From positions 13,010-77,009 of the forward strand of contig JBJEHN010000045.1 of the NCBI GenBank assembly GCA_051876105.1: a stretch of DNA of 64,000 nt, read 5' to 3'. The position numbers were made by a program, and so were the translations under genes. Within the stretch, counting starts at the first letter, position 1; each line of letters opens with the position of its first letter. Shown here one piece after another: positions 37,812 through 45,306 of this stretch. Source of the DNA: Coriobacteriales bacterium. Its GTDB lineage: Bacteria; Actinomycetota; Coriobacteriia; Coriobacteriales; QAMH01. The notes below the pieces were generated by a model. The model saw only the letters and a list, made by a program, of their open reading frames with translations, searched no databases and had not been told where the DNA came from.

Positions 37812-38033
37812 ATGGCCACGATCGACTCCATCAAGGAGATTCTGGAGAAGAACCTGAGCATCGACCCGGAGGTCGTCACCGAGGAGTCCACGCTCGACTC
37901 CCTCGACATCGACTCCCTCGACCTGGTCGAGCTCATCTGCGACCTGGAAGACGCCGAGGGCATCGACTTCGGCGAGCCCGAGGGGCTGCAGACCGTGGGA
38001 GACATCGTCGCCCACATCGATTCCCTCAAGTAA
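37812..38033 (+). CDS. acpP: Acyl carrier protein
   Basis: 73 aa, with the phosphopantetheine-attachment motif LDIDSLDLVELI. Confidence 0.85.
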   Translation: MATIDSIKEILEKNLSIDPEVVTEESTLDSLDIDSLDLVELICDLEDAEGIDFGEPEGLQTVGDIVAHIDSLK

Positions 38034-38133
38034 GGGGCAGCAACAGCCGAGAAACGCGCGGGTTGCGTGCAATCTGTGCAGAGGGTGGCTCGGGGGTCTC
38101 TCCGGGCCACTGCTTGTATAGGAAGGGTGAAGA

Positions 38134-39060
38134 GTGGGTAAGCTTGCATTCGTGTGCTCGGGCCAGGGCTCGCAGCTTGTCGGAATGGGCGTCGACTTCG
38201 TCGGCCGCAGCAGCTGGGGTGCGGACTTCTTCGAGGAGGTCAAGGCTATCAGCGGTCTGGACATCTTCGACCTGTGCACCAACGGCCCGGCCGAGGAGCT
38301 CGACCAGGTGCAAAACCAGCTGCCCTGCCTGATCGCCGCGGACCTGGCGGTTGCGCGCGCCCTGGGCGAGCGCGGCCTGCAGCCGGACTGCGTGGCGGGC
38401 TTTGGCATCGGCGAGTACGCGGCGCACGTGATCGCCGGCACAGCCGACCTCGAGTGCCTGCTCACCCTGGGAGCGCGCGTGGGTGCCCTGGCCGCCATGG
38501 CGGGCCACACCACCCCCAGCGCCAGTGCCCTGCTCAAGGGCTGCACGCCAGAGGCGGCGCGCGGGCTCTGCGAGCGTCACGGCGCGTCCAGCCTGTACGT
38601 GAGCGCTGAGCTCTCGCCCAGCAGCGTGGTCCTGGCGGGCAGGGAGCAGGCCCTGGAGGCGGCGCTGGCCGAGCACCTCGCAGCGGGCAAGGCCGGCCAG
38701 CGCCTCAACTGCGCGGCGGCCCTGGGCACGCCCTTGGCGCAGCCGGTGGCAAGCGGCATGGCCATGGCGCTCAAGCACACGCTCTTCGGCCCGGGCGAGC
38801 TGCCCCTGTACTGCAACCTCACGGGCGAGCTCTTCGACCACATGCGCTCGCCGGAGCTGTTGGGCGGGGCCCTCACCGCGCCCGTGCAGTGGGCCAAGAC
38901 CGTGCAGGGCATGCTGGACGCAGGCGTCGACCGCATCGTGCAGTGCGGCCCGGGTGGGCTGCTGTTGGAGGCCGCGCAGGAGCTCGCCGCGCAGCGCGGC
39001 ATAGAGCTGAGCGTCGCGCGCGCAGCCACGGTCCAAGACGTGGCCTGCATACTCGTCTAA
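38134..39060 (+). CDS. FabD-like acyltransferase (malonyl-CoA:ACP transacylase family) lacking the catalytic Ser/His
   Basis: FVCSGQGSQLVGM and the overall alignment to E. coli FabD hold. However, GHSLGEY is GFGIGEY, and the PSHCAL His aligns to LGTPL. GTG start. Confidence 0.75.
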   Translation: MGKLAFVCSGQGSQLVGMGVDFVGRSSWGADFFEEVKAISGLDIFDLCTNGPAEELDQVQNQLPCLIAADLAVARALGERGLQPDCVAGFGIGEYAAHVIAGTADLECLLTLGARVGALAAMAGHTTPSASALLKGCTPEAARGLCERHGASSLYVSAELSPSSVVLAGREQALEAALAEHLAAGKAGQRLNCAAALGTPLAQPVASGMAMALKHTLFGPGELPLYCNLTGELFDHMRSPELLGGALTAPVQWAKTVQGMLDAGVDRIVQCGPGGLLLEAAQELAAQRGIELSVARAATVQDVACILV

Positions 39061-39093
39061 GCGGGATGCCGGGCAGATTGGGAGGCAAAGCAC

Positions 39094-39507
39094 ATGGGTA
39101 AGTTCCAAACCTGGCTGAGGGGCTTCATGCAGGGGCGCTACGGCTTCGACGAGCTCAACCACCGCCTGCTCACGGCTGTCATCGTGTTGCTGCTGGCGTC
39201 GCTGGTGTGCACCTTCTTGGGCAGGGTCGCCAACCAGGGCCTGCTCTACGGCCTGGGCAACATCGCAAACATGGTGTGCACGCTGGGCATCGTCTACATC
39301 TTCTTCCGCGCGCTCTCGCGCAACATCCCGGCCCGCAGGGCCGAGAACGAGCGCTTTGCCAAGAGGCAGCGCCGCGCGCGCAACCAGAAGGAGTTCAAGT
39401 ACCTCAAGTGCCCCCACTGCGGGCAGGAGATGCGCGTGCCGCGCGGTAAGGGCAAGATTGCCGTAAAATGCCCCAAATGCGGGGAGAGCACCATTACCAA
39501 GAGCTAG
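39094..39507 (+). CDS. Membrane protein with C-terminal zinc ribbon
   Basis: Two TM helices followed by CPHCG...CPKCG. Confidence 0.6.
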   Translation: MGKFQTWLRGFMQGRYGFDELNHRLLTAVIVLLLASLVCTFLGRVANQGLLYGLGNIANMVCTLGIVYIFFRALSRNIPARRAENERFAKRQRRARNQKEFKYLKCPHCGQEMRVPRGKGKIAVKCPKCGESTITKS

Positions 39508-39568
39508 CAGACGCACGCGGGCGGCGCGCACGGGAGCGCGGCCCGGGCGAGAGGGGAATGCACAGGAT

Positions 39569-40045
39569 ATGAGCGAGTTCGGCACCATAGAGCGCAACCA
39601 CGAGGACTACGGCAGTGGCAGCGGCGAGAACCTCAGGGTCTTTGAGAAGACCTGGGGCCACCGCCTGCTGATGGGCGTTTCCCTCTGCATGTTCGTGGCG
39701 GGGTTCGTGGTGGCCATCTACTGCGGCGTGAGCTTGGCCAACGTGTACCCGCTGGCCGATCTCAGCCTCACCCATGCCATGGCGTCTGCCTTCTACACCG
39801 TGGGCCTGGTGCTGGGCGTGGCGATGTTCCCACCGGCGGTGCTGGGCGTCTACACGGCCACGCACCCCAAGACCGCCACAGCCGCGGCCGCCATGGCCGT
39901 GCTGGGGCTGGTGCTGGTGGTGGCGTTCGTGGTGTATGCGCTCTCCATCCAGGGGCAGCTCTTCAGCATCCTGCTCTACGCCGTGCTGCTGGCTGTGCTG
40001 CCGGTGGTCTACCTCGTCTCCGCGCTCAAGATCCGCCGCTCGTAA
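39569..40045 (+). CDS. Hypothetical 4-TM membrane protein
   Basis: 158 aa, four hydrophobic segments, no recognisable motif. Confidence 0.55.
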   Translation: MSEFGTIERNHEDYGSGSGENLRVFEKTWGHRLLMGVSLCMFVAGFVVAIYCGVSLANVYPLADLSLTHAMASAFYTVGLVLGVAMFPPAVLGVYTATHPKTATAAAAMAVLGLVLVVAFVVYALSIQGQLFSILLYAVLLAVLPVVYLVSALKIRRS

Positions 40046-40053
40046 GCGCCGGC

Positions 40054-40626
40054 TCAGCCGAGCAGCTCCCTCAGCAGGGGGGCGAGGCGGGTGATGGGGA
40101 GGCCGACCACGTTGTCGAAGTCTCCTTCCGTACCTGCCACGAGCGCGCCGCCCAGGCCCTGGATGCCGTAGGCGCCGGCCTTGTCGAGCGGCTCGCCGCT
40201 GGCCACGTACTCGTCGATCTCCGCCGCGCTCAGCGAGCGGAAGGTCACGTCTGTCTGCTCCGCAAAGCAGCGCTCGCTGCCTGGTGCGATGACGCAGACG
40301 CCGGTGATCACCTGGTGCGTGCGGCCGGAGAGCTCGGCGAGCATGCGGCGTGCGTCGGCCTCGTCTGCCGGCTTGCCGTAGATGGTGCCGTCCAGGGCGA
40401 CGATCGTGTCCGCCCCTACCAGCACGCTGTGCTCCAGCTGGCCGGCGAGCAGGCTGGCCGCCACGGCGCGGGCCTTCTGGCGGGCCAGGAAGGGCGCTAC
40501 CTCCGTTGGGTCCATCCCGTCGCTGTAGCGTTCGTCTGCGCTGCTGGTGAGCACGCTGAACGCAAAGCCGGCGCGCTGCAACAGCTCCCGGCGGCGCGGG
40601 GAGCTGCTAGCGAGTATCAAGTCCAT
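40054..40626 (-). CDS. maf: Maf-family nucleoside triphosphate pyrophosphatase
   Basis: MDLILASSSPRRRELL...AGAYGIQG. Confidence 0.9.
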   Translation of the reverse strand: MDLILASSSPRRRELLQRAGFAFSVLTSSADERYSDGMDPTEVAPFLARQKARAVAASLLAGQLEHSVLVGADTIVALDGTIYGKPADEADARRMLAELSGRTHQVITGVCVIAPGSERCFAEQTDVTFRSLSAAEIDEYVASGEPLDKAGAYGIQGLGGALVAGTEGDFDNVVGLPITRLAPLLRELLG

Positions 40627-40650
40627 CTGCTCTGTTCCTCCTTGCGGGCC

Positions 40651-42300
40651 CTACAGCTTGAGGCGCTGCTCGAGGGCCTCGTTGATCGTGCGCAGGCTCT
40701 TGACGCGCGCGTAGAGCTTGTCGTCGCTTTCCAGCAGGGTCCAGGGCGCGTAGGTGGTGCTGGTGAGGCGGAACATGTCCTGCACGGCCTGGTAGTACTG
40801 GGGGTTCTTCTCGCGGTTGCGCCAGTCGTCCGGGGTGATCTTCCACTGCTTGGCGGGGTTCTCCTGACGCTCCTCGAAGCGGCGCAGCTGCTCGTCTGGG
40901 TGCAGCTCGACCCAGAACTTGACCAGGATGGCACCCCAGTCCACGAGGTCGCGCTCGAAGGCGTTTATCTCGTCATAGGCGCGCTGCCACTCCTGCGCGG
41001 TGGCAAAGCCCTCGATGCGCTCCACGAGCACGCGGCCGTACCAGCTGCGGTCGTAGATGCCCACGTGGCCGGCCTTGGGTAGGCGCGTCCAGTAGCGCCA
41101 CAGGTGCGGGTGCGCCAGCTCCTGCGGGGTGGGCGCCGGGCTGGGGAAGATGTGGTAAGCGCGCGCGTCGAGCGCCTGGGCAACGCGCTTGATCGCGCCG
41201 CCCTTGCCCGCTGCGTCCCAGCCCTCGTACATGATCATGAGGGGGATGCGCTGCTGGTACATCTCGAGCTCCAGCTTGGCTAGGCGCTTCTGCTCGTGCT
41301 TGAGCTGCAGCTCGTAGTCCTCGCGTGCCAGCTTGAGGCCGTGGTCGGCTGTGTCGAGGTCCGGGTGGTCGGTGCAGATGGGGAAGATGCTCAGCGCAGG
41401 GGCCACGGCCTCTGCCCCTGCCCCCTGCTGCGCCTGCTCTTCGGCGGCGTGCTTGGCGGCCAGACCCTCCCTGAGGGTCTCGACCATGGTCTGGGCGATC
41501 TGCAAGTTGGCGATGCGCTTGTTCTCGCCGTTGACAACATGCCAGGGCGCAAAGGGGTAGTCGCTGCGCTCCAGGAGCTGGTCGTAGAGCTTGTAGAGGT
41601 CGTTGTACTCGGCGCAGCGGCGGATCTCCTCGTCTGAGACGCGCCAGCGGGTGGCCGGGTCCTCGTAGAGCTTCTCCAGGCGGTGGCGCTGCTCGGCCTT
41701 GGAGATGTGGATGAAGAACTTGAGGACGATGTAGCCGTTGTCGACCAGGCCCTTCTCCCAGCTGGCGATGGAGTCGAAGTAGCGATCTGCCACGGAGGTG
41801 CCGCCCAGCTCCTCGCGCGGGGCCATGGCCTTCTCGGCCAGGGCGCCCAGGGGGATGCGGGGGTGGTGGTGGCGGTGGCGCGCCTTGGACTTCCACTGGG
41901 CACGCTCGGCGTCGATCATGAGGGTTGCGGCGGTGCTGTACCAGCCCTGCTCGTAGAAGGTGATGGTGCCGCGCTCGCCCAGCCCCTGCCAGAAGGGCTC
42001 CATGAAGGGCTTGTAGCCGGTCACGCTGTTGTCAAGCGTGGTGAAGAGCTCGGTTTCCTCCTGCGGGGGGAAGACGGTGTGCACTACGTTGGTGGAGCGG
42101 GCGTCCATGAGGTAGAGCAGGTCGCTGATGCGGCTGCCCTTGCCGGCGCCGTTCCAGCCCTCGAAGAGCACCACCAGGCCCAGCTTCTCCTGCCGCGCCT
42201 GCTGCTGCAGGAGCACCAGCTGTTCCATGAGCTCGTCGCGCTGCTGCTTGTACGCGGATTTCTTGGGCGCCTCGTCTCCGAGGCCTGCGTTCTCCAACAT
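40651..42300 (-). CDS. ppk2: Polyphosphate kinase 2 family protein with two tandem PPK2 domains (polyphosphate:AMP phosphotransferase-like)
   Basis: Two Walker A contexts, FEGWNGAGKGS and YEGWDAAGKGG. ATG 42300 has an AAGGAGG RBS. The ORF extends to 42327. Confidence 0.85.
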   Translation of the reverse strand: MLENAGLGDEAPKKSAYKQQRDELMEQLVLLQQQARQEKLGLVVLFEGWNGAGKGSRISDLLYLMDARSTNVVHTVFPPQEETELFTTLDNSVTGYKPFMEPFWQGLGERGTITFYEQGWYSTAATLMIDAERAQWKSKARHRHHHPRIPLGALAEKAMAPREELGGTSVADRYFDSIASWEKGLVDNGYIVLKFFIHISKAEQRHRLEKLYEDPATRWRVSDEEIRRCAEYNDLYKLYDQLLERSDYPFAPWHVVNGENKRIANLQIAQTMVETLREGLAAKHAAEEQAQQGAGAEAVAPALSIFPICTDHPDLDTADHGLKLAREDYELQLKHEQKRLAKLELEMYQQRIPLMIMYEGWDAAGKGGAIKRVAQALDARAYHIFPSPAPTPQELAHPHLWRYWTRLPKAGHVGIYDRSWYGRVLVERIEGFATAQEWQRAYDEINAFERDLVDWGAILVKFWVELHPDEQLRRFEERQENPAKQWKITPDDWRNREKNPQYYQAVQDMFRLTSTTYAPWTLLESDDKLYARVKSLRTINEALEQRLKL

Positions 42301-42470
42301 GCTGTCCTCCTTTGAGCTATTCCCCAAGGATACGCCAAGCGGCAGGGGAGGGGGCTGCTCGCTGGGACGCGTTGACGACTATCCAGACTTTTCAATCGCT
42401 TTTCATAGCCGAGCGCCCCGCGGGTTTATACTCAAATTGAAGAATGTCAAGCGAACCAGAGGAGTGCGCC

Positions 42471-45173
42471 ATGACAGAGCTGAGCAACGGCTTCCCCAAA
42501 CCGTACCTGCAGAACAGAGAGCTATCCTGGCTGGACTTTGACGAGAGGGTGCTCGACCAGGGCAGCGACCCCAGCGTCCCGCTGCTGGAGCGCCTCAACT
42601 TCGTGAGCATCTTCTGGAGCAACCTCAAGGAGTTCTTCATGGTCCGCGTGGGCTCGCTCACGGACCTCTCGCTGCTCAAGAAGACCATACGCGACACCAA
42701 GACCGGCTGGAGCCCCGCCCAGCAGCTCGACGCCATCTACCAGCGCTGCCACGAGCTCTACCCGCTCTATGAGAAGACCTACGAGCAGCTGCGCTCGGAG
42801 CTCGCCCAGAAGGGCATCCGCCACCTGCGCCCCGAGGACCTCTCTGCCGAGCAGCGCGCCTTCGTCGAGGACTACGCCCAGGCCAACGTGGTGCCCTTCC
42901 TCTCCGCCCAGATCATCAACGCGCGCCACCCCTTCCCGCACCTGGAGAACGGCGCCCTGTACGTGACCGTGCGCCTGGACGACGGCGAGGACGAGGTCAA
43001 GCCCGCAAAGGCCGTCAAGGCGGTCAAGCGCACCAAGGGCTCCAAGGACGCCGACGAGCAGACCCGCAACCTGGGCGCCAGCGGCGTGACCCTGGGCCTG
43101 GTGCCGCTGCCGCGCCAGTGCCAGCGCGTGGTGCAGCTGCCGGGGGAGGGCTTCAGCTACATCCTGCTCGAGCATGTGGTCGAGATGATGCTGCCGCAGG
43201 TCTTCTCGATGTACACCGTGCGCCACAGCAACATCATCTGCATCACCCGCAACGCCGACATCGACGTCAACGAGGGCGTGGACGAGGCCGAGGACGCCGA
43301 CTACCGCGAGTACATGAAGCGCATCCTCAAGAAGAGGGCGCGCCTGGCCCCGGTGCGCCTGGAGGCAGAGCACCCCTTCCAGTCCAGGACGATGGAGAAG
43401 CTGCTGCTCAAGCGCTTGGAGCTCAAGAAGGGCCAGGTCTTCTTCACCCGCGTACCGCTGGACCTGAGCTACACCTGGGGCCTGGCCTCGCGCGTGCCGG
43501 ACAAGCTCACCGCCGGCCTGCTGTGCGAGCCCTTCTCGCCGCAGTGGCCCGCGTGCCTGGACGCCTCCAAGCCGATCATCCCGCAACTGCGCGAGCGCGA
43601 CGTCATGCTCAGCTACCCCTACGAGAGCATGGACCCCTTCGTGCAGCTGCTGAGGGAGGCCGCCGTCGACCCCAGCGTGGTCTCCATCAAGATCACGCTC
43701 TACCGCCTGGCCAGCCAGTCGCACCTGGCCGAGGCCCTCATCGCTGCCGCGGAGAACGGCAAGGAGGTCACGGCGCTCTTCGAGCTGCGCGCCCGCTTTG
43801 ACGAGAGCAACAACATCGAGTGGTCGCAGCGCTTCGAGGAGGCAGGCTGCAAGGTCATCTACGGCTTCCGCGACTACAAGGTCCACAGCAAGATCTGCTG
43901 CATCACCCGCCAGACACCCCAGGGCCTGGAGTACATCACCCAGCTGGGTACGGGCAACTACAACGAGAAGACGGCCAAGCTCTACACGGACTTCTCCTAC
44001 ATCACCTGCGACCAGGGCTTCGGCCGCGATGCGGTGAGGTTCTTCCACAACATGGCGCTGGAGAACACCTCCAACGACTACGACATCCTCCGCGTGGCCC
44101 CGCTGCAGATCAAGCCGATGATCCTGATGCTGGCCGACAAGGAGATCGAGAAGGCCCGCGCCGGCATGCCCTGCGGGATGTTCTTCAAGACCAACTCCGT
44201 CACCGATATCGACATCATCGAGAAGATCGTCGAGGCCGGGCAGGCAGGCGTGCCGGTGACGCTGTTCGTGCGCGGCATCTGCTGCCTGGTGCCGGGCGTG
44301 CCGGGGTACACGGACAACGTGCGTGTGGTGAGCATCGTGGGCAGGCTGCTCGAGCACAGCCGCATCTACGGCTTTGGCCCGCGCGGCGACATGCGGATCT
44401 TCCTCTCCAGCGCCGACCTCATGACGCGCAACATGGACAAGCGCATCGAGATCGCCTGGCCTGTGCTCGACGAGCGCTGCAAGGCCAAGGTGGTCGACTA
44501 CCTCAACGTGTGCTTCTCCGACAACGCCAAGCTGCGCGAGCTCAAGGCGGACACCCGCTACACGGGCCTGGGCGAGCTGGCGAAGCCGGGCGAGCCGCGC
44601 CGCGACGCCCACGAGCTGCTGATCCGCCAGGCGCTCGAGGCGCGCCTGGCCGCCGCGGAGGAGGAGGCGCAGAACCGCGCCGCCGCACGCCATCGCGCTG
44701 TGATCGCCGAGGAGTCGCGCCAGGCGGAGCTCGAGAACCTGCGCGCCCGCGACGAGGCCCAGCCGCAGCCCGCCGCAGCGGAGCAGCCCGAGCCCAAGCG
44801 CGCTGCTGCCGCCGCCGGTGCGGTGGAAGACACCGTGGGAGGCGCCCGCCGCGCAGCCGCCGCAGGGGCCCCCGGGCCCGAGCAGCGCTGCAGCGCCGAG
44901 GACGAGCGCCTGAGCGAGGAGCAGCGCCGCGAGGAGGCCCGCCGCCGCGTGGCCGCGGCAGCGCGCGAGGCAGCGGCCAGGGGCCGGGAGGCCGCCGCGC
45001 TGGGCCGCGAGCAGGTGGCCGTGGTGCAGCAGCAGGCCCGCGCCGCCGCGGAGAAGATCCCGCGCGACCAGATATCCTCCGCCGCCCGCGCCGTGGGCAG
45101 GGCAGCCGGCGCGGCTGCGCGCGAGATAGCGCGCAGCGCCAAGGCCCTGAGCTCCTTCGTCCGCCGCAACTAG
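42471..45173 (+). CDS. ppk: Polyphosphate kinase 1 with about 195-aa Ala/Arg/Glu-rich C-terminal extension
   Basis: YLQNRELSWLDFDERVL, ERLNFVSIF and two PLD-like HSK/HSR motifs. Homology ends near residue 705. Confidence 0.9.
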   Translation: MTELSNGFPKPYLQNRELSWLDFDERVLDQGSDPSVPLLERLNFVSIFWSNLKEFFMVRVGSLTDLSLLKKTIRDTKTGWSPAQQLDAIYQRCHELYPLYEKTYEQLRSELAQKGIRHLRPEDLSAEQRAFVEDYAQANVVPFLSAQIINARHPFPHLENGALYVTVRLDDGEDEVKPAKAVKAVKRTKGSKDADEQTRNLGASGVTLGLVPLPRQCQRVVQLPGEGFSYILLEHVVEMMLPQVFSMYTVRHSNIICITRNADIDVNEGVDEAEDADYREYMKRILKKRARLAPVRLEAEHPFQSRTMEKLLLKRLELKKGQVFFTRVPLDLSYTWGLASRVPDKLTAGLLCEPFSPQWPACLDASKPIIPQLRERDVMLSYPYESMDPFVQLLREAAVDPSVVSIKITLYRLASQSHLAEALIAAAENGKEVTALFELRARFDESNNIEWSQRFEEAGCKVIYGFRDYKVHSKICCITRQTPQGLEYITQLGTGNYNEKTAKLYTDFSYITCDQGFGRDAVRFFHNMALENTSNDYDILRVAPLQIKPMILMLADKEIEKARAGMPCGMFFKTNSVTDIDIIEKIVEAGQAGVPVTLFVRGICCLVPGVPGYTDNVRVVSIVGRLLEHSRIYGFGPRGDMRIFLSSADLMTRNMDKRIEIAWPVLDERCKAKVVDYLNVCFSDNAKLRELKADTRYTGLGELAKPGEPRRDAHELLIRQALEARLAAAEEEAQNRAAARHRAVIAEESRQAELENLRARDEAQPQPAAAEQPEPKRAAAAAGAVEDTVGGARRAAAAGAPGPEQRCSAEDERLSEEQRREEARRRVAAAAREAAARGREAAALGREQVAVVQQQARAAAEKIPRDQISSAARAVGRAAGAAAREIARSAKALSSFVRRN

Positions 45174-45197
45174 GCGGCCCGGCTCTGCGAACAGCGC

Positions 45198-45233
45198 AGC
45201 GCGGCAGCGGTTGTGCCCGCTGCCGCGCTTTTT
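45198..45233 (+). terminator. Rho-independent terminator after ppk
   Basis: GCGCGGCAGCGG-TTGTGC-CCGCTGCCGCGC followed by TTTTTT. Confidence 0.8.
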
Positions 45234-45306
45234 TGGCGCTGTGTTTCGTGTCACACCCCGAGGGTAGAATCATGCGCACGACCATTCGGCACGAGGAGGC
45301 CGCCCC

